64,000 bases of DNA, taken from assembly GCA_003971905.1 (NCBI GenBank), contig RSEE01000101.1, positions 62,001-126,000 on the forward strand. The letters run 5' to 3'. A program made the position numbers and the translations under genes. Shown in pieces: positions 1 to 16,900 of the stretch (its first letter is position 1; every line of letters begins with the position of its first letter). Source of the DNA: Moniliella sp. 'wahieum' (taxonomy: Eukaryota). Under the pieces are notes generated by a model. The model was not told the origin of the DNA and ran no database searches. It was given only the letters and a program-made list of their open reading frames with translations.

Positions 1-3000
1 CGATTCGGGTGTTGACGGATGTACTGCAGACGACTTCGTTCCTCACGGCCTACCAGGCTTCCGAGGGCATCTTTGACGTTTGCGACAAAATCTTGGTCAT
101 CGAAGGAGGTCGATGCGTGTTCTGGGCCACGCAGCGAAGCTCGCCAATATTTTGTCAATCTCGGTTACCTCGATCGTCCTCGGTCCACCTCGAGCGATTG
201 GATCACGACCTGCTTTGACCCCAAGACGCGCGAGTACCAAGAAGGCAAAACTGAAAAGGATGTTCCCTCTACCCCGGAAGAACTGGAGGATGCGTATCGC
301 ACCAGCAAGGCCTACCTCAACACGGTGGCCGAACGGGACGGGTACAACGAATCGGTGAGCGAAGATACCCACAACCAAGTCCAGTTCCGCGAATCAGTGC
401 GCGAGGGCAAACAAAAGTACGCAGGCGGGAAGAGTCTGTACAACGTACCGTTTTGGACACAAGTCTACGTCTTGTTCCAGCGAGAGATGAAGATTCTGCT
501 TGGCGACCCCTTTGATATTTTCATGGACTACACAACGGCCATCACTCTGGCGCTCTTGTCGGGCGGTCTGTTCTTCAAGTTGCCACAGACCAGCAACGGT
601 CTCTTTACCCGAGGCGGCGTGATCTTTATTCTGTTGCTTACCCAAAGTCTTTCTACTTTTGCCAACTCTCGTCTCAAATGCAGTCCCGGCCCGTGCTCGC
701 ACGACAGTTAACCTTTACCATGTACCGTCCAGCCGCAGCACCCATGGCTCAAATTCTGGCCGATGTACCTATCGCCATTCCGCGCGTCACCATCTTCATG
801 ATCATTCTCTACTTCATGGCGGGATTGCGTACGTTTTTTCATTCCCCGCCCCCCTCGAACCCCAACACAGCTTTTGGTTGGTTTGCCCGGCAATGCTGTT
901 GTTGGTTTTTTGGGTGTGAGGTTTACCCATGGTTCCGCTAACTCTTTTCCTTTTTTTCTGTATTGTCGGGGTGCATTCCCTTGTTCTAGGTCTCAATGCG
1001 GGCGCGTTCTTCACGGCTTGGCTCATCATCGTTGTCAGTTACTTTGTCTTCAAGTCGCTGTTTACCATGTTCGGTGTCATATGCCGGACTTTTACGGCGC
1101 AGCACGTCTCGCCGCCGTCTTGATCTCCATCATGGTCCAATGGATACGTGCAGCCACTCAAGTTGCAGCACGGCTACGTCAAGTGGCTCACCTACCTTGA
1201 TCGTGCGTTTTCTCCTAATTTGGCGGTTGGGTTGCGTCCCTTCTTCCCTTTTTGTGCATACTGACACGTCCCCATGGGACTCTTTCTTTTTTCTCTCTTT
1301 TCTTCTCTTGTCTTCTTCAAACACTTGCAGCGGTGTACTATAGTTTGAGTCGCTGCTGATCAACGAATTGACGTACTTGACCTTCTCTTGCGATGGCGCC
1401 CAAATCGTTCCCTCGGGGCCGGAATACTTCCATGGTCTGGGCCCGAACCAGGTATGCACGCTGCCTGGCGCAACGCAAGGCGAGACGACGGTCCAAGGCC
1501 AAAAGTACCTCGACGTCGCATTTGGGTTTACGCGCGGCCATCTCTGGCGCGACGTGGGGATCTATTTGTATTTTTGGTGGGCGTGTTGGTCATGACGTGC
1601 ATCGCGATCGAGATGCAAGACCAAGGCTCGTTTGCTAGTGCGTTGATTGTGGCCAAGCCACCTTCGAAGGAGGAAAAGGAATTGAATGCTCGGTTGGAGG
1701 AACGTCGGAGCAAAGTCCTGAGAGGCGAGTCGGTCGAGGATAACGAATTCAAAGTCGTCGGCCAACCTTACACTTGGTCCAACCTCAAGTACACAGTACC
1801 CGTCCCAGGTGGCCACCGTCGCTTGCTCAATAACGTCGATGGATACGTCTTGCCGGGCACCGTCACTGCGCGTACGTATTGCTCTTGTTTTGTCTTTTCC
1901 CCCTAGGCCCCCCTTTGATAGGGAGGGCGTTTGGGTTTGGTGGTTGGACAGACCGAATTAAACTAACCAAACAATTCCCTTTCTTCTTCCTTCTCTCCTT
2001 GGCTCTGATCGGACGCACCGCAGTCATGGGCGCCAGTGGCGCAGGTAAGACGACGTTGCTGGATGTGCTGGCCGACCGAAAGACGATTGGAGTGATTGAA
2101 GGAGACCGGTTGGTCAGTGGTCATCCTCTAGACCTTTCCTTCCAGCGGCAATGCGGCTACGCCGAGCAACAGGACATTCACGAAGCCATGTGCAGCGTTC
2201 GTGAAGCCCTTCGGTTCTCTGCCTACCTGCGCCAACCGTACGAGACGCCCAAGGAAGAAAAGGATGCGTTTGTGGAGACCATTTTGGAACTGTTGGAGAT
2301 TGGCAACTTGGCCGATGCGATTGTGGGTGTTCCCGGGTTCGGATTGGGCATGGGCGATCGTAAGCGCGTGACGATCGGGGTCGAGTTGGCGGCGAAACCG
2401 TCCATGTTGCTGTTTTTGGATGAACCCACGTCGGGTCTAGATGGACAGACGGCCTTGACGATTGTCGCTTGTTGCGCAAGTTGGCCGACGAGGGCCAAAC
2501 GGTGCTGTGCACGATTCACCAGCCCTCAGCCTTGTTGTTTGAGATGTTTGATCGGTTGCTGTTGCTGGAAGCAGGGGGCAAAGTGTGTTACTTTGGCCCG
2601 ATTGGCCGCGATGCTCAACACCTTGTCGATTACTTTGCCCAACGCGGGGTCACCATGCCTCCCAACGCCAACCCGGCCGAGTACATGTTGGAAATCATTG
2701 GTGCTGGCAGTGCTCCGCGCCAAGGACCCAAAGATTGGGCAGATTGGTACCTCGAATCGGACTTGTACCAAGAAAATTTGGCCCAGATCGCCAAGATTAA
2801 TGCCGAGGCCAGCGCCCACCCTCTGCCCGAAACTAAAGTGCTCGAGTACGCCACACCATGGCTGTACCAGTTCCACGTTGTGTTTATTCGCACGATGCGG
2901 TCGACGTGGCGAATGCCCAGTTATCAGGTCCGTTTTTTCTTTTCCTTTCCTTTCTTGCCCTGGTTTTGGTTTTGGTGGTTTCTTCTTTGGCTGGCTTTGG

Positions 3001-4272
3001 TGGGCAAGTTTACTGACTGACTGGGTGGACGCGGGGGTCTGTTTCTTGTGCACAACAGTATACTCGGTTGATTCAGCATTTTAGTGCGGCCCTGCTTATT
3101 GGTCTCCTGATGGTGCAACTTGACAATCGGCTCGCCACATTGCAGTACCGGATCTTTGCCCTCTTCTTGGTCATTGTCATCATGGCGGTTATTCTGGCGG
3201 TATGCATGACCTGCCCTGTCTCGTGGGCGATTCCAACTGACCTTATCTTTTTTTGCCCCTCCTTCCACAGCAAATCATGCCCTTCTGGATCCAGCCCGTT
3301 CGGTCTGGATGCGGGAAGAGACGAGCAAGACGTTTAGCGGGACGGTGTTTGCGGCGACGAGACTGGTGTCGGAGCTGCCGTATGCGTTGGTGAATGCGAC
3401 TGTGTTCTTTTTGGTCGAGTACTACATGGTCGGCTTCCAGATCAATGCGACCAAGATGGGATTCTTTTTATCATGGTTTTCTTTACCGAACTGTTTGGAA
3501 TCACACTTGGCTCCTTGATTGCCTCGTTCTGCAAGTCGGTCTACGTCTCGTCCCTGTTTATCCCATTTGTCATGATGATCTTGTCCCTCACGGCGGGCGT
3601 GGTGATGCCGCCACAGAACATGGGCAACGTTCTCTTCTCCAACTTCTTCTACAACATCAACCCTCTCCGTACGTCTTCCTCCGCCCCCCCCCCTCCTTGA
3701 TCTCTTCCCCCCTCTCCTGTTGGCACCAAGGCCGGACTAACTCACCTCGCTCCAACGTTTCTATAGGCTTCTTGATCTCAAGTCTGGTAGTCAACGAGTT
3801 CGACGGCCTTCAGGTCGACTGTGGCCTGACGGAACTCTACCCCATCGTGCCACCTGCCAACCAAACTTGCGAACAGTACCTCGGTCCGTACATTGCTGTC
3901 CGTGGCGGCTACCTCGATCCGCGCTCGACCCCACAAGAGTGTCTCTTTTGCGAGTACAAGAATGGTATGGAGATGGCCAAAGGTTTGGCATGTACTTTGA
4001 TGAACGGTACGTTTTCTTGTCGTTTTCTTCTTCTTCTTTGTTTGCGGGGGGAGGGGCTTTGCATGTGTCTCTCGTCTCTCCCCCCCCTTGTGGTGCTCGA
4101 TCGCATGCAAGTGAAAACTGGTCACTAACCCACATGCACTTGGACCCTCTCTGTTTTGGTTTGGTTTGATGCTATTAGCGCACGGGATATGGGCTTCTTC
4201 CTAGCCTTCATCGGGTTCAACTTTATCGGGACCATGATCTGTACCAAGTACTTGCATTTCTCCAACCGGTAA
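1..4272 (+). CDS. Pleiotropic drug resistance (PDR/ABCG) full-size ABC transporter, 5'-partial, multi-intron
   Basis: The window opens in the end of NBD1 ([26 protein letters not shown]). TMD1 follows ([10 protein letters not shown]), then the PDR_CDR loop ([13 protein letters not shown]...NQVCTLPGA) and NBD2 ([59 protein letters not shown]), TMD2 and a C-terminal CLFCEY. GT-AG introns lie near 829-990, 1205-1331, 1872-2022, 2928-3058, 3200-3270, 3669-3766 and 4007-4178. Stop TAA at 4270-4272. Confidence 0.93.
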
Positions 4273-5558
4273 AAAAAATCGGCCTTACCACTCCCCCAAC
4301 CAACCCCCGATGCAACCGGGTGCGATGCGATGCGATGAGATGAGATGAGATGCGGCGCATCGAGTCCTATTATTACCCACCCGGACCGAAATGCGCCGTT
4401 TCCTCCACACACGCTCACATTCACACTCACATTCGCACCCTCACTTGGCCATGGTCGTGCATCCACGTGGACCCCTCTATCCACATATCCAATTCTGCTC
4501 AGTTTGACGTTCCCCTTTCCCACTCTCACGTTCCCCACCCGATCGAGAGGATCTTTTTGAAGCTTGAAGCTTGATCCTCTGCCCCCCTCTCCCTTTTCCC
4601 GTTTCTGTTGCGATATCCACTTTTGACGTTTGACGAATTGATCCAATGACCTGCAAGATGGCGTGGAGAAGAGATGACTTGATGATTCGATGTCTACCCC
4701 CTCCTCCTCCTCCCTACCTTGTTTCTTCTCGTTTTTACTCCCCCCCGTTTTTTCTTTTTTTCTCCAAGAACCTTCTCCCCACTCAGTCCTGTGCTTCCAT
4801 GGCTCTGGCCTTGCTTCTCCTTTTCTCCTGCTGCTTACGATCTGATTTGTGCCGCCTGTGCACCTGATGATTGATTGATGATTGATGTGTGACACGTGAT
4901 GATTGAGGATTGAGGATTGAAGATAGTGAAGCTAGTGAAGATCGATGCCTCGATGAGACGTTTTGTTTTGTTCTGTTCCTGCTCAGTGCTTGCTTGTTCG
5001 CAGCTTCGGATGGCCGTGCTCTTCCCATTTACAGTTCACGTTCCCACGTTCCCACGTTCGCAGCTGATGCACTGAGTACTGAGTCTCAGTACTGATGGCC
5101 CTTTTCTCATGAGATGCTGATCTTACTGCACTGCCTCTTCTTCTTCGTTTCCATCTCATGCATTACACAGGAGCTAACGCGAGCCTCTCTTGCTCCGCAC
5201 CGCATTGGAGGTGGGCCGGTGGGGCCAATGTCCAGGCAGGGTGCAGGGGCGCCTTCTTCCCCCGTAGTAGTCAGCTGAGCGATGACTCCCAGTCGTTGGC
5301 CCGCAGAGAGGCACAGAGATTCCACGACACCTCCCGCTTGAACAAGGGCAGCGCCAACGGTTTATACGCGGGCAGTGCGTGCGCAGGCGGTCACGCGTCA
5401 TAGTCACTAGTTGCGTGTGACATGTGATGGAGTGCCACGCGTCGGGATCCCAGCGCCTGCTGACTTAAGCCACTCCACAGCCTCCACGGTGGGTTCTGAC
5501 CAGGCAACTCGTCTCCGCTTCTCCTTCTCCTCCTCCTTCCTCTGCCCACCTGCCGCCC

Positions 5559-7680
5559 ATGGCCACCTACGCCCCCATCCCCGCCTCCCCCGAGCCTGCC
5601 CACACACCGCCCTCTCGCCTGTCCTCCCCAACCCCTATGGCGATGCCATCACCCCCACCTCGCCTGCCCTCCCCAACCCTACGGCGATGCCGTCACCCCC
5701 ACCTCGCCGGCCCTCCACAACCCGTATGGCGACGACCTCACCCCCACCTCGCCCCACTTCCCCACCGGCTATGCCCGCGTCGCTCTCGCACCCATCGCCC
5801 ACCTCGCCCTCCACCCCCATGGCACCGTACATGACTGCCGCCTCCCGCCCGCACCTTTCACAGCCCTCCCCGCGTCCGGACAGCTTCTACGCCCCCGCCC
5901 CTTCTCCGCCTGTCCTCGACTCCCTCGACGCTTACCCTTCCTCGGCCGCACACCAGTACGCCGTACCCACCAGCCCAGGGCCAGGCTCGGGCCCTACCCC
6001 TCTCACCGCCTTCTTGGGGCGCCGAAGGCAGCCAAGCGCCTGCGCATCCCGCCGTGTCCCACTCCCTTCGTCCCGCCTCCCCTGGTCCGGGGCAGGAAGA
6101 CGCGACCCGAGCTGAGGTGCCACCAATGGGCATGCTCTCCATCGACACCAGTAGGCCTACCATCCACAAGTCCACACGACCTTGGGCACCGGCTACCCTC
6201 CTGCGGCCGACATGGTCTCGTCCAGTCACCTTCATGACCCTGCTGGGCCCAGTTTTCGCCCGATCGACCAAGGTGCGCGCGCGCATCTCAGCCACGACCA
6301 GACGTTGGAGGAGTTGTACCGCAAAAACGCCAAAAAGGTCCAGGACCCCGATTTGGTCTATGAGCTGGCCGTCTTTATGGTCGAGTCCTCCCGTGGCCCC
6401 GGGGGCGGAGCGGGGGGAACTGGTGCAAGAAGCCATGGTGTTGTTGCGTCGAATTGCCGATCGGGGCCATGCTGATGCGCAGTACTTCTTGGCGGATTGT
6501 TATGCCAATGGCCTCGGTTCCGCGTCAAACAAGCCTCAGTTTGATAAGGCTTACCCTCTCTTTGTCTTGGCTGCCAAGCATTCCCATGCGGATGCTGCGT
6601 ACCGCGCCGGTACCTGCACCGAACGTGGTTGGGGCTGCAGCAAAGATGCTCCCAAAGCCGTGCAGTTTTACAAAAAGGCCGCTGCGCAGGGCCATCCGGG
6701 CGCCATGTTCCGCTTGGCCATGGCCGAGTTGAATGGCGAGTTGGGGCTTAAGAAGAATGTCAAGGAAGGCGTCAAGTGGATCAAGTTGTCGGCCGATATG
6801 GCGACGGCCGAATTCCCCATGCGTTGCATGAGCTCGCTCTGCTCCATGAACGCGGGATCGAGAATGTCGTGTTCCAAGATTGGGAGTATGCGGTGGAACT
6901 GTTGTGTGCAAGCGGCTGGATTGGGATATGCACCGAGCGCATACAAGATGGGCGTCAATTACGAGTATGGTAAGATGGGGTGCCCACAAGACCCGGGCTT
7001 GTCGCTTCACATGTACAACATTGCTGCCCAGCAGAATCACAAGGAAGCTTGCTTTGCCTTGTGTGCGTGGTACTTGGTCGGCGCGCCAGGCCTCCTGCCC
7101 CAAAGCGATACCGAAGCCTACCTTTGGGCTAAAAGGCAGCTGAACAAGGTCTTGGCAAGGCCGAGTATGCCGTTGGCTACTTTAGCGAGATGGGCATCGG
7201 AACCAAACGCAGCCGACAAGAAGCCAAAGCATGGTACCAGTCCGCGCTGGAGCATGGCGACAAACGCGCTTCCACCCGCTTGGCCAGCATGAACCGCGCA
7301 GCTACCTCCACCACCCTCCCGCCTCACCTTGCCGCTGCATCTGGGGCCGCGCCAGGAGCAGGCTTGCCCGGCGTCGTATCGCCCTCGACAGTACATGGCA
7401 CCCAAGCAGGCAACATGCCCTACAGCTACCCCCAGACGGATTACCAAGGCTCCGCCGCACTCTTACCGCCTCCACGGCGTCCCAGGAAGATTTGCCCCTG
7501 GCCGGTGCGGGAGCCAGCTTGGCGGCCGCAATGCCGCGCCCGGTGAGCCAGGCGTTTGGCCAGCCGCTCCTCCCGCCCGCCGAGGGCCAGTTTGAAAATT
7601 CGTCCCCGCTCCAACCACCGCCCAAGGCGGCCAGCGAGGAACCCAAGAAGAAGAAGGGCTGGTTCCGCTCCAAGGCGTAG
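5559..7680 (+). CDS. Sel1-repeat chitin synthase activator (Chs4/Skt5-like)
   Basis: A Pro/Ser-rich N-terminus precedes tandem SEL1 repeats (HADAQYFLADCYANG, AAYRAGTCTERGWG, AAAQGHPGAMFRL, PHALHELALLHERG, YAPSAYKMGVNYEYGKMGCPQDP, ACFALCAWYLVG). The C-terminus ends KKKKGWFRSKA*. The start codon is uncertain and several frameshifts are present. Confidence 0.85.
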
Positions 7681-7908
7681 CCGGACTCTCTAGCCTTTGC
7701 TCGGGGGAATGGCGATGAGGATGAGGAATGGGGATGGATGTATGGTGCATGGCCATGGTGCGTGCTACTCGTAGTGGCGTGGGATGCGTGTCCGACAGCC
7801 TGGAAGACGTCTTGGCTGTCGGCCGTCGGCGGTAGAGTGGCCGCAGGGGGGTGGGGATCTGACTGCGTCACGGACGTCGCGCGGGGAGCGGGCGCGTGCT
7901 CGGCCGGA

Positions 7909-7916
7909 TGACGTCA
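7909..7916. promoter_or_regulatory. ATF/CREB-type palindrome TGACGTCA upstream of the Snf1-like kinase
   Basis: Perfect TGACGTCA about 320 nt upstream of the ATG. An imperfect second copy (TGACATCA) follows about 23 nt later in a near-direct repeat (ggccggatgacgtcagca / ggccgatgacatcagca). Confidence 0.3.
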
Positions 7917-8103
7917 GCAGTTTCCGGCCGATGACATCAGCATGGCACACGGCCAGTGTGTGGGGCGCCAGCCGAGCGACACTGGCCCGTGCGCGAGTTG
8001 GGGCGGGAGGCAGGCAGCCGGTGATGCGGCGGATGGGTGATGCGGTCTGCTGGGTGCGGCGCGGGCAGATCGACCACCACCATCTCCGTTGCCATCGCCG
8101 TTT

Positions 8104-8175
8104 CCAGCGCCATCTCCAGCGCCTTCTCCAGCGCCATCTCCAGCGCCTTCTCCAGCGCCATCTCCAGCGCCATCT
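8104..8175 (+). repeat. 12-bp tandem repeat (CCAGCGCCATCT/CCAGCGCCTTCT), about 6 copies
   Basis: Directly visible, just upstream of the kinase ATG. Confidence 0.9.
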
Positions 8176-8235
8176 CCATCGCCATCGCCATCGCAACGCC
8201 CTCGCCATTGGAACGCCACCGCCCTCGCCCTCGCC

Positions 8236-11512
<3,277 letters not shown>

Positions 11513-11827
11513 TCTCGCTGATCAGGATGGTATTGTTGCAGGTGCGGGGCGTTACAGTATGCTATTCTTCTTGTGCGCTCTTGTTGCGTACATCCAAAGT
11601 GTGTTAGGTGTAGAATATAGATGGACGTCTAGGGATATGTAGCTACGACGTGGGTGGCCAAGACGTGCTCTCCTACCGGAACGGGACTGCCTTGGTCGTC
11701 GCGAGAAATAGGATAGCAAAGCAGGTTTAGCGCCTAGTAGAGCGGCCATAATAGGAGAAGAGCCATCAACCAGATGCTAGATACGTGCTATTAAGTATGG
11801 GGAATGCGATCAGGGGGTTCAACATGC

Positions 11828-13559
11828 TTAAAACTCCAGGTCTTTGGCACTCCGGGCCAGTTGGACAGGAGTTCGGTGCGGCACCGGCGTCCGACGAGAG
11901 CACTTTCTTCCCCCCCACCCACACTCACTGACGGCTGGGACGAACGCAGCTGTTGGCCTCGGGCGCGAGGAAGGCCAGGCCTTTGGGCACACTGCCCCAG
12001 CGGGGGGTGGCGTTGAAGCAGTAGCGGTCGTAGGTCCCGACCTTGTTGCGACTCGGGAGATGCGGAGGGGGAAGCACAGCAGCGGAAGCGGAACCAGAAG
12101 CAGAAGTTGAAGGAGCAAATGCAGGAGGAGCTGGCCGGGACGTAGGGGGAACGAGGGTGGTGGGGGAACTGTGGTGAGCGATGGGAGCAGAAGGACTGGG
12201 CGAGACAGGTACAGAGGCAGAGGTAGAGACAGAGGCAGGGGGGTAGAGTAGAGCTGAGGTAGAGCTAGAGGACGATTTGGAGGACGATTTCTCTTCCCTG
12301 GTTCATCGATCTGCAATAGCTCCACTTTGAACGTCCTCCTCCGCACTGAGAAGGCCAAGTTATTTTCCCCGCCCAGCCAGCGCCACCGACGGTCACCGTA
12401 CCGCTCCCCGAACGGGTGGGAACGACACTGGTGGTACCCAGGCCACGAAGAACACTGGCGCGTGCACTGCCATCTGTCAATTGGCCAAGGCAGGCGCACG
12501 AAGAACATGCACAGCCCAGTGTACCTTCCCGCTAAGGTCGCGCAAACTCGGCCCTGAGGCTGAGAAGGAAGACATGCTGAGTGCCGCATCGGCGAGGTGG
12601 GCGAGGTGGGTACTGTCGGCAACCAGTGCGCTGAGCGTGACGCTGGCCCTGCGTACGCCTTGGCGGGCGCCGAGCGGGCGGCAGAGGTCCCGCACCAACC
12701 GGCGCAGATGGAGCAGAAACCGGACCAAGGACGAGGTCGGCGCCTCATCCCACGCTAAGCCTCCTAGGTTGCGCACGATAATCCGAATCACGGGGAGGCC
12801 AGCGCTTCGGGTGGGAAGCCAGGATCTGGTGGCAGGCCTGCTCGATGGCCCGAAGCGTCGGTTGTCGTACCCACCAGGCGAGAGGGGGAGGATTTGTCCG
12901 GGCTCTTGCGCATCCTTCAACAGCGCAGGATGGATTCGTCGGTTGAGATCGTAGGCCGCACAGAAATCGCTCTTCTCTGTAGGCAGATCGTTGGAGGCAA
13001 CCGACATGCGCTCGTAACGAAAAGCAATGTTCAACTGGTCCGAGCCCTTGTCCGGGCGGGCATCCTTGCTTCCAGGTCGCAACGTTGGCTCCTCTCCGAT
13101 CCTCCGCGGAAGGGAATGAAGGTAGGAGGAGACAGCATCCGACACAACGATGTTGTAGTGGTGAGATGCGATGCTTGGGCTAACCGTGAGCGAGCACCAG
13201 GTCGAGATATGGCTCGGCAGAACCAAGCGCGGCCATGGGGGTGTCAAGCCGACCTCCTGCCCCGCGGTGGGAGGGGATGGGTGTCAATCGTCGGCAGGAG
13301 GAGAAGTGTAGACCCAACAGGCTGGCCACCGCCGGACACCAGATCATCCATCGCGCCCAGGCCGAGAGACAGGACAGGGGCCGAGGTGCCCCAGGTGCCG
13401 GACTTGACTCCGGGCGGGTAGAGACTTGCGCTGCGCCCGCCAGCCGCAGGCCGCCGGGGCAGGCCAGCGGCTGTGTCGGGGCGCGCGTCGGCGCCGGAGG
13501 AGGAGGATGAGACGGACACGTTGGCGGTGCGGTGCGCAAACGGCGCTGAAGGAGCTCAT
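11828..13559 (-). CDS. ELP4: Elongator complex subunit 4
   Basis: Joined frames give ELP4 hallmarks: SLGLGAMDDLVSGGGQPVGSTLLL, LNIAFRYE, FCAAYDLNRRI, IRIIVRNLGGLAW, LVRFLLHLRRLVR, LAHLADAALSMSSF, NNLAFSVRRRTFKVELLQI and a C-terminal KDLEF*. The start is taken at MSSF (13559). Confidence 0.82.
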
Positions 13560-13943
13560 CGCTGGCGGAGGTGGTGACGGTGGGAAGGCAGGCGGTGTGT
13601 CTGGAAGCAGGCCTGCATTGGAGTGCGTCGGTGTTCGGTGCAACCGAGGCGCCTGGTTGCCCTTTTTTAATGACGGGCGCTGCCAGATCCCACCCGAGAG
13701 CCCATCCGGTGCGAGGGGGGTTGCTGGTTCGCCTCCGGCCGGCGCCGTTCGCTCCGATCGCCACAGACACTCCCTCATTGTGGGCATGGCCGGCCCAACT
13801 CCTCTATCCGCTACGGGTCGGGTGGGCATGATGCTGTGTACTAGAACGCCACGGTCCGAGAGAGGAAAATTGCATCTGATTGAGGAGTTCGAGTATAGGG
13901 GCTTCGTGCAGTGGATTAAGCATATGAACGGGGCATAGATCAG

Positions 13944-16900
13944 TTAAGCTGCCCCTTCCCCGGCGTGGGGTCCCGCGTTGGGGCTCGCGAGGAGGCTCGT
14001 GAGGAGTCCTTCCCGAGGCACTCGGTGTGAGAGGGCACTGAGGTCGTCCAGGCTCAAGTCCCGAGCAACGCGCAGCCGGCTCTTACTTTCGGCTGTCGCA
14101 GCCCGCGCAGCACGGGGCCGCGGAGTGCGGCGCGCGGAGGTGGGGGGGAAGGATCATTCTGGGGCTCTGACTCCTCGGCGGCTGCCGGTTTGTGGATGCA
14201 GTCTGCGTCGGGCCCGTCCATCCCCTCGTCCGCGAGACCTTGATCCCTCTGCAGGGGGGTGGTCGGCCTCAGCAACGGAGAGCTGCTCGAGTCAGAACCG
14301 TCAGAGGGAGTTGAGCTATCGCGTCCTACCTCGTGGGCCTGACCTTGTCCCCTCCCCCTCCCCCTCCCCCTCCTCTCCTCTTCCTCTTCCCCTTCCCCTT
14401 CCCCTTCCCCTTCTCTTCCTGTTTCTTTTCGTCCACGTCCCCTTCCGCGTCCTCGGCTGGAGAGATCGGCGTCTGAAGCCGGTTCAGGGCCGACCAATGG
14501 GAGGGGACCTTCACCATCTCCGTCGCCACCTTCTCCCGTAGACGCGGACCCTGCTTCCTGCGCTTTCGAGCCGCACGGAACCCGCACAACTTGCTGGAGG
14601 CGTCCCGAGCTGAACGTCGTCGTCTCCGTGCTGGTGGAAGGCAGGGGTTTGAAGCCAGCATACTTATTTAGCAGATTCTGTTGTACGGGTTGCGAGCGCG
14701 CGCCACAACCTGCTGGATAATGGGCTGGACGTATTGATCGACCTTATCGGCCCCCAGCTTAAGAATGAGCAGCAACGACGAACTTGCTCAAGATCGGGAA
14801 CCCCCCAGGCAAATGGCTCGTCGCTCAGGTCGACTTGGGATGCAGGTAGGCTCTTTCACCTCCGGTTGAGGCCAGTCGCCCGTTAAGCTGAGGTGCACTC
14901 GATTCACTAACGTTCGCTTGATACGTTTCAAGCGCTTGCGAAGTATCGCCTTCTCGCTTTCGCTCGCGCGGGGGGGCAAGACGGCCTCATCGACGTCCGG
15001 CCCACCACCCTGTTGCACCTTGAGCCACCATTGGCGGAAGCGCTCCAGCCCATCGTCTTGAGGAACACACTGAGGATTTCCATCGCAAACACGATGCCCA
15101 CGCCGTCGAGACCCGTGTGTAATCGGAACCCAACAAGTAGGCGAGTTCGATCAGGCGGTTGCGGTCCAGCCCTACCCCACGCTCCAAGTCCGCCAGCGTA
15201 AAGACCTGAACCGTTTTGGTGTCGTTAACATGTTTTTGAATACGCGTTTGCCCCCAAAGAGAAACACATCCGAGTCGTCTGTGATGATCCCATCACACAG
15301 ACCAAGCTCAACGAGAGCCGCACACTGCGCTTCGGCCTCCATGGGACCAGTAATGTATGGTATGCCAAACTGACGCAACATGTACTGCACATCGAGCCAT
15401 CTCGGTCGTAATGTCCTCTTCACTGCGGCGAGAAGCCACGTGCTGGGCACGGAGTTTAGCTACCTCCTCGGCCGCCTCCGCCGCCATCTCTTCCAAAGTG
15501 GCGGCTGGCTTGGATGGCGCTTTGGCACCCCGTACAGTCGACGAGGGCTGAACACTCCCATTGCGCAGCACACTCGTCAAGCCCCGCGTCTCCGTCTCGA
15601 TAATCTCATCCAGACCCTCATCCTCTTCTTCGGCCCGTTTCATCTCCTCAAAAGAAGGCAGGGGGAAGCCGTCCGCACCAATTACCACCTCATCCTCTTC
15701 CTCCGAATCGGAGTCGGATGAAAGAAAAGAGGTGAACCCTTTGGAGGGAGGGGGAGGGGGAGCGCCGTACTAGACTGGGCCTACCTACTCCTCCTTCAGA
15801 CTCCTGCTCATCCCGATTCTTCCCGTTTGGAGAGGGTGAACGATGTGTAGTGTCAGGTTCACGGGACTTTTCCCCTCGTTGTCCTGTAAAAACGAAAGGT
15901 TAGTGGAACAAACTTAGGCGTGACTCGAAGAAACGAACCTGGTTCAAAACATCACGTTGCGCAACTTTTCCAAACTGTTCCGCTCCCTCCTCTCCTCCTC
16001 TCCGCTCTCCCCTTTCTTCTCCGCCACCTCTTCGACTCTTCGAACTCCTCCTCCTCCTCCTCACTCTCATCCCGCCTCACAGTGGGCATGGGGACACAGA
16101 GGAAAGATCCTGAGGAGGCAAATGTTGGGACAGGGGAGGTCGTCGTCCTGGATTCAACAGGCTTAAGGGGTACAGTACCTTCACTTGAAGGCTGCGTTTG
16201 GAAACCAGATGGAGCTTCGCCACCCCCACGGGGAGGTACAGCCGCCGAGGGCAAAGCGCCGGCAACTCTTGAGAAGAACGACGAGTGAATCTGAGCCGGA
16301 CGGGGGAAGCTCGAGAGACGTGGAGTGAGAGGGTTCTTGCAGGCGAGGCGAAGACTCCGGTACATGCGGATGGGAGAAGGCGATGACGCACGCCCAATAG
16401 AGGTATATCCATCTGTTTCTTAACGGCAGGGGGGCTAGTCCCGCTATCGTTCGGGTCGTGGAACTCCGCTTGCGCTTTTGTGCTGACTTGCCTTCTGAGC
16501 CGAATGCAGCAGTGTACATGTCCACCGAAAAGTCCATATCCGCCACGTTCAAATCCGTATTGATCACTTGGCTTGATCCATGGTCGTCAGATGGAGGAGA
16601 ACCCGCTGTAGGAGGAATCAAGACTTGTTGGTTGTGGTAGCGCCCCACTTGGGTGTCAGATTCGGATGGCAGAGTGTCTCAGTCGAAGATCGGGTTTGGC
16701 GTGGGTGGCGAACAGAAGATGCTAGGGCCATGCGGGAGGGAATCTCAGGCTCTGGTTGGCGGAAAAGAGGCATACGTTGCGCAGGAGGTTTTCCAGTCAA
16801 CTGATCGGCTTTTAGAGTGGCGGCAGCTTGTTCATCCTCGTCCTCAATCACATCCTCGATGCTAGGCATGCCCGCCTCGAGACGAGCCTGCTTGGCATGC

